Positions 39,001 through 52,900 of a stretch of 64,000 nucleotides of DNA are shown here, piece by piece (the first letter of the stretch is position 1; every line of letters begins with the position of its first letter). The notes under the pieces were generated by a model that did not search any database, was not told the origin of the DNA, and saw only the letters and a list, made by a program, of their open reading frames with translations. The DNA lies in the NCBI RefSeq assembly GCF_031769215.1, contig NW_026781915.1, positions 682,001 through 746,000 on the forward strand, in the 5' to 3' direction. This DNA comes from Ylistrum balloti. Its lineage: Eukaryota. The translations under genes and the position numbers were made by a program.

Positions 39001-42000
39001 CTCAAATAATATGACTTCCTCTTTCTGCAGATACAATTTGCAATTTTTGAATATGTTATATGAAGTAATAAATGAATGCTACTGCCAGTTGAAGTAAGAA
39101 ACTTTGATGTAAATACTCAAGACCACAGAGGCAGATATACATGACAAGTAAACCATTAGCCAGTCAGCAGGATCATAATGTTCACTAAACCTGAATATAA
39201 CAATAAAATATTGAAAATGAAAATTGTGGATAGTAGTTAATGAGGTGCTATTGGATTTAAGTGCTTAAGAATGTTTGTTCCAAACTTCAATCATAATGAT
39301 GAAAAAGGACTAAATTATTATAAAATAAAAATATCAGTAAATCTGGATTACTCACTATGAGAAATGTGTAACTGGACACTTAATACAGCCTTTGACAGAT
39401 ACAGGGTTTTTTTCAATGATACTCCATTGTTCTATGATGTGTTTCTGTGTCTCTTCTCCTTCACCTTCCATATCCAAGTAGACTTGGCTGCTGAGTTCGG
39501 CCCCCAAAATATAAAAATTTCCCTCTCCGTCGTAGTCCTGTGGAAGCGGTACCTTCAAACCAATCTCCTTCTGTGGACGCTCTGAATGGTTATGATTCAA
39601 GTCATAAAAATGACTGACGGATACGATGTTGCCGAAGTCTTGAGGATCGAAAACTGGACTTGGCAAAACCTATGATAAAATGTATTGTTTACTTCATTTT
39701 CGAACATGCTGGATGATATCAGATTATGATAATGTGTCAAGTTGAATCTGTTCATTTCCGGTTGTTATGCTAACAAAGAAATGAACGTTTCTATTGACCC
39801 AAATTGCCTTTTTGTTGTACAGAAACATTTACAATTTGGAAATAAAATGGATCTGGAAACTAACACGAAAAAATATTCAGAATTATTGTCTTGATGGATA
39901 AGATAAAATTTCATATGTACATCGTTAATATTACCTCTAAAGATATTCTACTTCCAGGGCACTCGAACGCATTCGGCGGGACGGAAATCTGCACGAACTG
40001 GTCCACTTCCGATGTCAAAGTAATTCCTTCAGGGGGAATATCGAAGTTTTCTACTCTTGGAAAGGTGACAAGGCAAAAGGCCGTCATTGTTGTGATGTCT
40101 ACCTCAGTGTAACATACCCATTTATAGTCACTTTGACTATTCTGAAATAATGACATATCATTCCACATCAATAGTATGCATAAACAAATAATTACTCAGA
40201 TTCTACGTAATATCTTTGGAAGCGCTGGACTCGTTTCATGGAAGTCAAAAAAGAAGATTTACGACCTTTGAAACCTGACATCATCCAATGCTAATCAGTA
40301 TGCGTCACTGTTTATTTCTCCACATTCCTAGTGGCTCATTGTTGTTTATCTTATCCTTGTTTTTGAACGCGACATTACTTCCTCAGGTTAATAAAGATTG
40401 ACGTAATTGGTGTCCTTGATAAAACAGAAGTCGCTTACTCACCCGCTTTCTACTCTCCGTTTTCATAGGTCGCAGTGGAAATCTTTCTTTTGTTCACATT
40501 TTGCCTTAGACTTTGAGTTTGAATTTATCTTCTGTCGATACTTACCTCGCATCGAATCCTTCTAATATCCGTTATTTTTTTGGCAGGGTCGATTTTAGGA
40601 TTTGTATCCGTCTTTATGTAAACATCCTCAAATGGGTCTGGAAAAGTGTAGAGAGGGATTTCCAGCAAAACGAGACCGTCTGACTGGGTGGCCGACAATC
40701 TGTACTGGAATGTATCACTGATCAAGAGTTCCTGTTTGTCGGGACGAAGGATGTTGTCACTGTACTCGGGTCTGACGCGACGACAAAGGAAACTCAGACT
40801 GTCGGAGCTGAATGTTGGCGGTGTGAACACCACGAGTCCTATCTCGTTAAAAGGGGTTCTGGAATCTGTCTCGAGTTGTTTGTGTTCTACGAAGACATCA
40901 CTGGATGAAAACAAAAACATAAAAATCCAATGATCCATAATCTGCAGATCAGTAATAGGAAGAGAATTTGAATGAGAGCAAAGGGAGTTGCTTCTATGTG
41001 TTGTAAAACCACAGGATTCATGATGTAAGTCTAGCCAAATGTCTTAACATTCTTTCATAGTATAAAGCGAAATATTTGCAAATAATGTACTACTGTATTT
41101 GAAACAAGTTGAGCTACTTACTTATTTTTCATTCCATTCACCACTCGCTTCGACTCTTGTAGAATTTGCGCGACATCCTCATTTTCGCATATTGATATAG
41201 GTGTTTCTTTTCTCTGGAGGATGTTATAAAAAGAATGAGATATTCTTATGTCACAGAAGCAATATCATATATATCACTTCAACTCTCATATATTGTTAAA
41301 TAAAGTATTTGATAATCGGTATGTAAATAATCTATTTTCAAAAGAATCGCTATCATTACGAGTCAGGTGCCGGATCTTTTCATATAATCTATTGGTTTCA
41401 TAAATGAGTGATTACACAGAGTTGAAACATAGAAATGAACGTAAATATAACGATAGATATTTGTGAAATGTAAATGTTCCTAAGTATGGCTGGAAGAAGA
41501 TATTTACGATGTTACGTATGGTCGCGTCAGCTCCACAGAACACCAATAAGTCAGCAGCTCTGGCGTGGTCCCGGTTGGAGGCGTAATGGAGCGGAGTACA
41601 CCCCACCTGTCAGATATATAAAATACTTGCGTTCATCACACCTGCAGCATATTACTGCTTCTGTCTTTGATAGGTGCTAGTGGTATATCTTCAATGTGAA
41701 GTGACTAAGCCTAGTTGTATGTTATGATTGTACAAAAGGCATTCAAGTGAATAGCACCTATTTGTAAAACTTCAGAATTAGAGTATATTCAAATAATGTC
41801 TTCCTTTTAGTGTTCGTTTGTGATACACGGGCTCTAAAATGTTAGAACCTGTGATCCGACTTAGGAAAATGAAGACATAAATGACGAAATATCGATGAGC
41901 AGGTGTATTACCCGATGATTAAATAAATTTTCAATATTGGAATGTCTATTATGACATTATGACTATTTATGCTAATAACAAAGCATAGTCAAAGAAAGAA

Positions 42001-45000
42001 TAGCATAGTCAAGATAACTAAAACACCATACAGTAAATTAATTATCATAGAGTAACTAAATTATAGTCAAAACAAATAAATCCTGGTCATGGTAACTAAA
42101 TCTTACTTAGAGTAACTGAGTCATCGTCAGAGTAACTAAATCATTACCATAGTAACTAAATTATAGTAAGTAACTTAATCATAGAGCAACTAAACCATCG
42201 TAGTCAAAGTAATTGTGTCTTTGTTACAGTAAATATGCAGAACAAATAAATCATTAACAAAGTAACTAAAACCTCATAGTCAAAGTAACTTAGTCATAGT
42301 CGAAACAAACTAAAATCATGTATACTTTTGTTAGTTTCATGGATTCCAGTATTTTACCAAAATCACGTGTATTTTCTACTAAATAAAGTTATATATGTCT
42401 TTCGGAAAATAGAATTTCAGACTATCGAGTATCCATACAGTCGTATTAATTAATTGATTTACACACATAGTCCGTGCTTTCCATGTGGGCACTGAAGGCG
42501 AGCAGCAACATCATACTCTCTGTGTCTCCAGCCTCCGCCAAGTAGTGCATCGCTGTAAGCCCCCGCTCCTACCATACAGAAACAGATGTTTATAACACAA
42601 ATATGCCATAGATGTTTAACACATCTTATCATAGACTTGTCTCATTAATTACTTAGTGAATATCTGAGAGAATAAAACCAGTTTAATATATATATATAAA
42701 CGTAGTGTCCTATATCGTTTCCCGGTAGTGTCTACAGTAAGCTACTTTTTACTCCTTATTGCATCACTAACACTCAACTACTCGTTACATTTCATTGCAT
42801 CAGGAACTGTAATGCATGACAGGGATATAATTCGATGTGTTGTTTTTCACGAAACAGATAAGATGCCATGCAAGAAGTAGACAAACCAGTCCATGAGATA
42901 GTGACTTAAAAGACAGGTACGTATTACGATATTTAAACCTTTTTACATGTATGTATAACACAGCTGATATATAATGTAGATAAAATTTATCGTAATTCTT
43001 ATCAGTATAACAACTGAAGTATTGTTTACTGATAATATTCAAATCTGTATCTATCTGTATATTACATATAAGAAATTACCATTTTAGTAACCATGTTACC
43101 AAGTCTTGTTCAATTATCGCAACAGTTTACGATATGAATTGGTGTTTTTTTTTTAAAACCTTGTGAGAGATATTGTGTGTACACCTATGCTGGAACTTAG
43201 TAATAGCTAAAATTAGATCCAAGCCTTATCGTCAGTGAAGTGCATTTATATGTTTTAATCAGTGAATTTGTAAATAATATTTAGATGTTGTATATCATAG
43301 TAACTAGACAATGGAATATGATATACCAGAGGTTATAGTTCTTCAATACTTCACAATTTTATATGATAGTCATCAAAGCTTTTCAAGTGACCTTATTATC
43401 TTCATTGTTTATAGTTACAGTGTAGGATCCGAGTAGCACCATCGCTCATGTCATACTGATACAGCTAGTAAAAACATATCTCTCTGATGTTTTATACACA
43501 TATTTTGATGATGAATTGAAAATGGAGAGAAACTTGGTCGAAAAATATTGTTCCGTTATATATATATAATTATAGAAGATCGACATTGGAAGGAACTATT
43601 TTTAGTGATTATGATATGTATATATCGCTAATATGTAGCTGTTTGTATTGTTTCCTCGTTATCGTGTTTATCATACAAGTACTATTTAAGTGTCTACCTA
43701 AGTGAGATAAGTGGTCTGTTGTTTTAATTCTGATGCAGTATTTAACGTAACTGCTATCAACACATACAACAGGAATTCTTTATAAATAAAGTTGTAGTGT
43801 TAGAAAAAAAACCCGCTATAATCATCCCTTCGACAAGGAGTAGCCGAGTGTGTGCTAGCTCGCAGTGGTTGACGCCACAGGATGTACCAAGTGGTGTGAT
43901 GCAGTAACTACGTTAGATACACAAGTTTGTGATCACGGCGGATGTACCAAACGAGTACATGTAGATTACACTTCATTGCACCAGGTAATGTAATATACAA
44001 CACGGATGTAAGTCGTCATTGTAAGGAAGTGACCTTAATGTGTTATTTACGAAACAGGTACAAGGACATGTTAATTGGAATCGTACTAGGATCAGACCAA
44101 GGGATGGTGACATAATTGACAGGTATGTGCTAATTTGAATTGTAATATATGTACAAGACGCCATAGGTATAGGTAAAAGACATACAGTCGATCGGACTGT
44201 AGTTTAGAATGTATCTTGTTAGTTGTTTGCAATAGTTTTATCATCCTATCACTAGGGTATATAGCAGTCGACACTACAGGTAAGTACACAATCTTTATTG
44301 GTACAATACACGCCAAGCTTACATCAGTAATGATAATTGTCGTTCATGTCATATTTTAATTATGTTTATCGTTATATGTAATACTGAAATTTGTCTCAAC
44401 ATTTATTTGACCACTGCATAGCAAGAATCACCTTATTATAATACAACGAAATTTATGCTTCTACTTTTTAAAGTCATTTACGTACTAAAAGTCTCTCCAT
44501 CATTGTGTTGTACGATGTTATCTTTCTTATTGTGTGCCATCAGCAGCCAAATTATTGTATCATTATATATCTGTTATATCTCCTCTCACGAACGGAAACA
44601 CTTTCTACCTTATGTTATTGAATGGCAGTTTTACCTGGTGACAGAGATACCGTGTTTATCATCACTATACACATTTGTAGGGCATTAGTAATAACTAAAA
44701 TTAGATCCAAGCTTTACCGTCAGTCAAGTGTAACTTGTCAGTTGCCTCTTTATGAATATGACTGTTTTTGATACAATAGTTCGATCTAAGCACGTTGTGT
44801 GTTGTTACAGTAACTATTCAATTTAAGTCGTAGATGCCTTATATGTATTTTCTCAACAGCAGTCGGGGTTTGATGTCTCACAGTGTCAATAAAACAGTTA
44901 GATATATACGTTTAACAGTTTAATGGTATTCTGTAGCTTGCGGTATATTTTACAATCATAAAAACTAGTCAAATTTCACGTATCGTTTAATGCTAGTTAT

Positions 45001-46941
45001 TATACTTGGGAAACTGCTGAGTTGTTAATTGAAGGTTTTAGGGCCGTCACACCCTAACTCTTTAGACAAAATACCACACGTTAACCGGACTATCGATTCG
45101 TTATAAGTATCTATCTTTGTGGCTAGGTGGACGCCTTTACACTGAACAGTAATATAAACGATGGCATGTACGCCCTTAACATAAAGATATTTTCCATTTC
45201 TATAAATTTGTTTTAGAAACACAAGATGTATACGTCAGTCTCTATATGCTACAAACTAAATATCTTTGTCTAGCCATGGCCTCACCAAGTATTGCCTCAA
45301 CTGAAGTTTTTGTGTAGATAGAAGTTGGTATCAATTCGATACACACCGAGCGGTGCACAGGACACCTACCTGTTTATTTACTTGAGTTGGGCTGCACATG
45401 CCCAAGGAGACTAATTAGAAAAATACACAACGCTCTTGTGCAAAGTTTAAATACACCCAATGAGACGTCGATACTTAGTATTTATGTGATATTGTCGGAT
45501 TAAACATTTATAGGTGCTATTAGTTATCATGGTCTAAGTATTATGGAAGGCAAATCAGGCCATTTAAAGTGTACTAGTCAGCTCCTGGGGCCTACTTCAC
45601 AATATGTTACACGTCGTTAAAGACAACTGTTATAATTCCTATTGGTTTTATCTTTGCGAGTTTATCTATTGATACAAACACTTGTGTATAAAATGTGGCC
45701 TGAAGTTAAGACACACGGAGATCGGTTTGAAGCACCAAATACAGGTTAGAGTAAAGCTAACAATGGCCTGTGTATTGTCCTCTGTTCTCTTTTTGTACTA
45801 ATCACAAGGGATTATCTTTCCGCTGACATCTGGGTAAACTGCGATCAGCTGATAATTTAGAAAACGTTGGCACTAAACAGACTGGAAAGCACAACGAGGG
45901 ACAATATACAAAGGGAATCACTATAAGCTACCATTGAAATTTGTCGCATTCTATCAGTTTTGACCTAAGCACTAGTTCCAAGTATACACACTCACTTTGT
46001 CCCTTGTGTTGGGTTTCGCGCCATGGAAAAGCAGCAATTTCATCATGACGAAGTTTCGCCGACGGGCTGCTTTTAACAGCGGTGTCATGCCATCAATCTG
46101 TAATGGTAGATAATGTTAGTAACGTCAATGTGGGAATTAATTATATATATAAACGTGTCCCCTTGATTATATTTACTGTAACAGGCGTAAAGGGATTTAG
46201 ACTCGTTCCTTTCTTCTTGAATTCATTGGAAAGATATGGAAAAAAAACACTTAAAGAGATAATATAAATATTGGAATTTAAGCGAAAGGATAAAATACGA
46301 AAATAGAATAATAGGTTTAATTATTTCATCCCTTTTATGTTTTATCAGTTATTTCGGCTAGTTTAATTTTCATTACTCCCTGGCTCTTGGCATCCCCAGA
46401 GAGTTTTAGATGGACGGAAAAATTCTATATCGCTTTTTTTCATTTTCCACTTAGGCCTTGGACCATCACTAGATTTACATTGCAAGGAGGAACTACTCGT
46501 TTGACTTTAGTACGAATGGTATCGCACAGAGTGTGGATGCAAATATATCAAGCGCGAGGGAAATGTGTTAAAATTGTTTGTTGCATTTGCGAAAAAACAA
46601 AACAAATAAAATCATATCAATGATGATGTTGATATCAGAAACATCATACATTCAGCATTTCCTTTCTATCTTCATTTTCCATGATAGTGTAATTAAGTGG
46701 GAATATCTACAGCTCTCACTGATGAAAGACCTAATGGAATGAATTCGTTCAGGGTTAACTACAAAACGGATAAAAGGTGCCAGGATCAGATTGAATATCT
46801 CCCCTCCCGTTGGTGTATTGATGAAAAGGTACGTACCACATCGCGCTTGTTGACGTCCGCTCCCAGCCTGAGGAACTTGAGGGCGTTTCCCGTCTGGCCT
46901 TTAGTGACTGCATCATACAGTCGGTAGTTAATGTCGTGCAT
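33046..46941 (-). CDS. Ankyrin repeat-ZU5-ZU5-UPA-tandem death domain protein (PIDD1/DTHD1/ankyrin supramodule-like), 14 exons, about 860 aa
   Basis: Minus-strand exons 46941-46837, 42568-42467, 41606-41508, 41213-41122, 40900-40546, 40141-39935, 39669-39356, 38433-37919, 37205-37057, 36657-36530, 36219-36128, 35572-35412, 33584-33460, 33184-33046 are all phase-consistent (2583 nt). ANK: GLTAMHYLA, GCTPLHYAS. ZU5: FDIPPEGITLTS...ISVPPNAF, SHFYDL...KVPLP...VTHFS. DD1: LKHLARELGDEWIKVSVLMGL...LKLWRD...DLLSALGKTKRDDL. DD2: MSDQFYVLLVEKCG...LDLSKPELDEL...MLVVARE...MLIEACDKVG. Confidence 0.82.
41985..42320. repeat. Degenerate about 20-bp minisatellite (agtaactaaatcat-like)
   Basis: Recurrent gtaactaaa/gtaactta/ataactaaa motifs at irregular spacing of about 20 bp within an intron. 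Confidence 0.6.
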
Positions 46942-47164
46942 TCTGGCTACCTTCTACAGCATCATTGACACTCAGTTAATGTACTGTAATACAAATTTTA
47001 AAATGGACATATACCATATATTCAACAGATTCGCCTCAGTCGACAGATTAACACTTGATAAAGCGGAATTATAGACCGCAGGAAGGAACATTAACGAAAA
47101 CTAGACTTATTTACTGCATGAAGACAAATTTTCCAAAACAGAAATTAGTCAATACAAGAAGGTT

Positions 47165-48028
47165 CACTCGCTTAGACCGGAATTATTCACTACAGTATGG
47201 TACACTTGCTAAGACCGGAATTAGTCACTACAGTATGGTACACTTACAAAGACCGGAATTATTCACTACAGTATGGTACACTTACTAAGACCGGAATTAT
47301 TCACTACAGTATGGTACACTTACTAAGACCGGAATTATTCACTACAGTATGGTACACTCGCTTAGACCGGAATTATTCACTACAGTATGGTACACTTACT
47401 AAGACCGGAATTATTCACTACAGTATGGTACACTTACTAAGACCGGAATTATTCACTAGAGTATGGTACACTTACTAAGACCGGAATTAGTCACTACAGT
47501 ATGGTACACTTACAAAGACCGGAATTATTCACTACAGTATGGTACACTTACAAAGACCGGAATTATTCACTACAGTATGGTACACTTACTAAGACCGGAA
47601 TTATTCACTACAGTATGGTACACTTACTAAGACCGGAATTAGTCACTACAGTATGGTACACTTACTAAGACCGGAATTATTCACTACAGTATGGTACACT
47701 TACTAAGACCGGAATTAGTCACTACAGTATGGTACACTTACAAAGACCGGAATTATTCACTACAGTATGGTACACTTACAAAGACCGGAATTATTCACTA
47801 CAGTATGGTACACTTACAAAGACCGGAATTATTCACTACAGTATGGTACACTTACTAAGACCGGAATTATTCACTACAGTATGGTACACTTACAAAGACC
47901 GGAATTATTCACGAGAGTATGGTACACTTACTAAGTCCGGAATTATTCACTAGAGTATGGTACACTTACAAAGACCGGAATTATTCACTACAGTATGGTA
48001 CACTTGCTAAGACCGGAATAAGTCACTG
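47165..48028. repeat. 38-bp VNTR (cttactaagaccggaattattcactacagtatggtaca), about 22-23 copies
   Basis: Contiguous constant-length units with a few variant positions (cttacta/cttacaa/ctcgctt/cttgcta; tattc/tagtc). No spacers. Confidence 0.97.
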
Positions 48029-49779
48029 CATAAGGGTACGCGTTTCGCTATGCATGAAGCGTCTCTTGTCAAATATAGAAATTACCCTGGGTAGTATGTA
48101 AGTCACCATTAATCGAAATCATTAACATTAGGTTTTTGACTTCCGAAATCTCTAATATACGAATAGACTTAGAATCGTATCAACAAATCTATTGGTGGGA
48201 ACTAATGCCAATTCCTAATTTGATAGATATTTAGCAAAGAGTCATCACACCCCTGAAGTATTTCAGTAGACGTCTGTAACATACTTAACTGTAGGAAAGA
48301 TACAAATGTCTTTGTTGTCGTTGTGGAACAGTTATTAAGAAAGACAATGAATTTGATGGGAATTCCAACCAAGCCGTAAGAAAAATCCGATCGGGTTGAA
48401 TGGTATGCGTCTAAAGCAGGGTCATGACATTTATGCGCAAAGACACATTAAACTTGGTCATTGATTGGTTATATCTTCTATTAACACTGTATCAAATATT
48501 TACAGTATATGATTGTTGTTTTACAATTGTTGTAAATTAAAGATACAATGTTGTGTTAGGTGTTATTTAGTATGGAAGAGAATGAAAAAAAAAACATTTA
48601 CTGATACAAATGATATGTATGTTTAGATTTAAAATCACGTGTACAAAATGTAAACTTTGCGAGATATTTGTCTTAACAATTCTTTATCAAGATACTGTAA
48701 ACATACCTGATGATATTCAAACTTTGACTGTCACCTTATTTATAAATCCCGATTCGTTCGACATCGAAACATCTGCAGTGTGCTTGTAGACCTTCTTCTC
48801 CCATGGTATTAAATCACTAAACATAACTACCTTGTCATGACGTAAGATTTTGGTCCACTTTGTTTGTGTAGAAGCAGTCATACATATTACCGAATTACTC
48901 CGTGTTAAATTACGCTATAAATGTTTGATATCGACTCAGGTAACCTAACTCGAGGTTAGATCAATACTGTCTGAAAACTAGTAAAGCAAACAACAATCAG
49001 GTAGTATGTTTGATACCTTTATCATGCAATAGTGTTCAAATCTTATTAATATTATTAAATTACTTACCTGGAGAGAATAAAAAAGAATTTCCGTCACCTG
49101 AACACCCTAGAGAACACTTTCCAAATGGATCCAGTGTAAATCTGTTAAACCAGTACGACAATAACTCCTACTACTCACCATAGTCTTGGTATATTCCATA
49201 CAATATTTGGCATACAGACTGGGAAATATGTCTATTGGTTGAACATTGTTAACAGATCTGTCACTTACAGGTACCAGTATCTCTTGTTTATGTCTTATCG
49301 TCCATCAAGGGTGTCGACAACTATAAATTGTTATTCCTACTGCCTGAAGTTAATCACATGGTCTGTTTTGATCTGTGACACCGGCCAGCAATACACCTTA
49401 AATATGAATGGGACTAGACCCAACGTACATGTAATCGAGTTTATAGAACTATATCAGACGCAACAGTAATGGAATAATAAAAATAAATTAAACATACCTT
49501 GTGTAGTTACCTTGTTGTCACAGTTTGCTTCCATGGTGCTTGTAACATATTACTTCCTTGTATTTTAGGCACGCACTGGCTGTGTACAGGCACGTTCTGG
49601 AGTGTCTTGGGTGTCCAGAAGAAGTAATACACACCCGTCACATTGGTACCAGTGGTCAGACTGCAGGGGACAACACAGGATAAGACAATGTAGTGTGGGA
49701 GAATAGCAGATATTATGTTTCTCCACCCTGGCGAGGAGTGCTCAATTAAATATCTATAAATAGTGCGTAGATCTTTAAC

Positions 49780-49906
49780 AATTACTGTCAATGGTTACGG
49801 AGACGCACTTCAGGGACTCGGTGTGTATTTCGTCGACAAAATGGCGAAGTATGTTGTGAAGAAGAAGAAGAAAATCTGCAGTTGAAGCTGAAAATTTCCT
49901 TTCATT
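49780..49906 (+). promoter_or_regulatory. Probable promoter/5'UTR of the giant ankyrin gene, with a YY1-like AAAATGGCG motif; probably bidirectional
   Basis: CpG-containing patch with caaaatggcg at about 49837-49846, just upstream of the ATG-GG|GT first coding exon. Minus-strand exon-like segments start just below 49660. Confidence 0.45.
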
Positions 49907-52900
49907 ATGGGGTATGTTATGTTTATTTATATGCTTCTTTCAATGTCTCAGCATTAGAAAAAATGTGCACTGTACTGAACATATATACAAGTCAACCCTT
50001 AGATTTTAAGATCTCAAGTAAGTATGACATAATCAAAGTGGTTCTGTAATAAGAATGACCTAACAAGTAATCAAACTTATATGATTAAAATTATGATATA
50101 GGTTACATTTACCGTGTTATATCGCTTGCTGCTAATCATTTTTCATACCAGTGGAATTCCTTGGATTTGTAATTGCTTGAATATTATTAAATCGAAACAC
50201 ACTTCTAATCTAAAGCAATATGCGTGTTGCACACCGTATCATTTCTACTTACAGGATGTTTACATGTTATTCAGTACTATGCTATGTTTAATGAGACGTT
50301 AGAACATCATCACTGGCAAATTACTGCTGAACAGGAAGCTACCTATCGACTTAGTTCTGAAGTTAGATAGTTGTTTCACAGTACATTAGAGATAGTGTGA
50401 GATTATCTGTAGATAAGGCGCATACAGAGTGCTGACCTAGAGTCGTTCGTCTTAGATTCTCTATCCATTACAATAAACAAGGGCTAGTATCGGATTCTAC
50501 CTATCTTTAAAAGATGTATCTATGTACTGTTTGCTTTTAAAGAGTAACCTTTCTTCGTCGATCGGTATCGATTTAGTATGCGTCAACACTGAGCCAACGT
50601 GTTCACTTTATCGCTTTAAGTATGCACGAGATATATGCCTGTAAATCAAAAGAATATTTCAGTATCCAACATCTGAAACACTTGGGGAAAGTTACATGAA
50701 ATATTTCGTGTGTCTTTACTTCGTTTATGACATGATCTGACCTTGCTAATAAAGATAACCAACACATTTTTCAAATAAACGTGCAGAATAAGTAAGGGCC
50801 ACTGATAAGCATTCGTTATATATGTTTATTAAAGCCTTAATTTTGTCTCCCGAGAAAATTATTACACCAGGAAGCACAATAGACAATGGGTTCGTGGTAG
50901 ACTACGTTCATGTAGACCCACTAGCTGTGTCCTGAGCCTTTAAATGTACCTGGTACATGTACATATGTATATGTATATAACTAAATATAATAGTAGTATT
51001 CACAGCGCGAGTTACACAACACCAGGGAACAAAGTTACCTTCCATTTAAACGTATTTAAAAGAAGGAATGTGACTGGTGTATTACTTTACCGACATGTTT
51101 TCAGATCAACTATATTTGCTATAATTTTTAACTGTTGGATATTTTTGTATGTATTTATGCTATTGTTGAATTGTTTTGACTTCAAATATTTATATTTTAT
51201 ATTAGATTGTAGATTATAGAGGTCCTTTGAACAATAGCAGTGTATGTGACTTTGAGATAAAAACCTTGGTTGCTATTATTTACGTCGCTATTTTCACGAT
51301 ACCGTTTTGTGTTTTATAACCGACACTAATCTTCTGGAAAAAAAAAGAAGTTCGAGCATGAAAGGTCCCTTTATATATATAATCCAACCTATTATATCCA
51401 AAGAAATTTCATGAGCAAATAATACATCTTCTGATTTGTTACAGTGCTAATTTCTATTCATATTTTGCACTACTTCCATCGAATTTGAGTTTGAATCAAA
51501 ATTCTGTTGAGGTGTTGGTACTCTTTTTGTAGTTCTTGGTATCAATTTGATATTGTCTCTTTTCGGTAATCCCTCTACAAAAACACTTTTTCTTATGATT
51601 AGCACTGCTGCTGTTATAAACACAATTTACGATTGAACCATACCACACGCCCTACGTTGAAATTGGTCACTAAATATAGTGCGCTTCATTCATTAGAAAA
51701 ATACTATAGTCTTCAATGTTATATTTTTTCCATTTTAAACAATATTTTATAACAATGTATATGTAATCATAACACATCCTCATCGAGATTTTGTCTTTTT
51801 CTTTAGATCACTTCGGATTTTCCTGTTGCTTCCAGGACTTTAAATTTACGCTCTTAGCACCATTTTCGAGTCCTAGAAGTACATGTATGATGTAGTTTAA
51901 CTCATTGTTTGACTGTACCGTACCTTACTCTAAATTTGTATTGAAATGTTTGGATACTATCATCTGTCTTTTATTTTCCGATGGTACCTTTTGTATTTTA
52001 CAAGTCAGAGTTTGGTTTTTTCCCCTGTCTTCAAATTTGTAATGATGATACTATCTTAACAAACAGTACCTGTATTCACTCGTTAAAATTATTTTCATCT
52101 TTACAACGATATACTGCCCAGTTATATAATCATGATGTCATATTTTGATCACTAATTGTGTTCAAAAACATTTTTTCTTAAGTGATCTTTTTATCATTAT
52201 CATTTAAAACACTTATACTCGGTGAAAATGTAAGGGTCAGTGCACCTCTCCATCTGGTTTTTGACATTTCTTTCACCAAATTTTGATTTTAGCATCAACG
52301 TCGAGTCTTAAAATGAAGAGTCAGTTGTAGGTTAATTCATAGATTTCGCTTCTCCGTATCTTATTCAGTCTATTGTATCGTCTTCCAAGATTTTACGAGT
52401 TTCCCCATACACATGATATATCCCTAAATGAGCTCAACAGGTTCTATCTTATTTTGTTTTTTTCAATAAAAGTTACTTTAGAAGTGCATTGCGGTCACAC
52501 ATCATGTTATGCAAACTGTTGGAAGGAGGGACGTATTCTTAATACTTAATAATTTTGTTATTTTCTCTTTATGTTCAATATTCATTCATTTTTCATTTGA
52601 CAGTTGATTCATTTAAAACTTTCTGTCTTTGCATTTTGCTTGATAACACAATTCATGTAGTCCTTTCTGAGATTTATAATACAGTGTATCAAATGTTTTC
52701 AAAGTGTACGAAACTCAATTAGTCTTAACATATTTTGTCTAAGAAATACAAACCATCAATCATACACGTTTTTATCAGTCCTCATTTTTATTTTGGGCGA
52801 TACAATTTCATACAGCTATGTAGTTCCATGACTGTGATTGTGGGCGTCAAGGAGCAGTGTAAACAACTAAACTTGTATTTTTTCTCTGTTATGCTATATT

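Noticed and set aside
43187-44730. About 45-bp duplicated motif (ttagtaata.ctaaaattagatccaagc.tta.cgtcagt.aagtg) at about 43187 and about 44686
   Set aside because: Short intronic duplication with no evidence of function.
47165-48028. CRISPR-like regular 38-bp array
   Set aside because: The units are contiguous with no unique spacers, the context is eukaryotic and there are no cas genes. It is a VNTR, and the ORFs over it are repeat artefacts.
49060-49072. tacttacctgg resembling the U1 snRNA 5' end
   Set aside because: The downstream sequence does not follow U1; it is the reverse complement of a splice donor.
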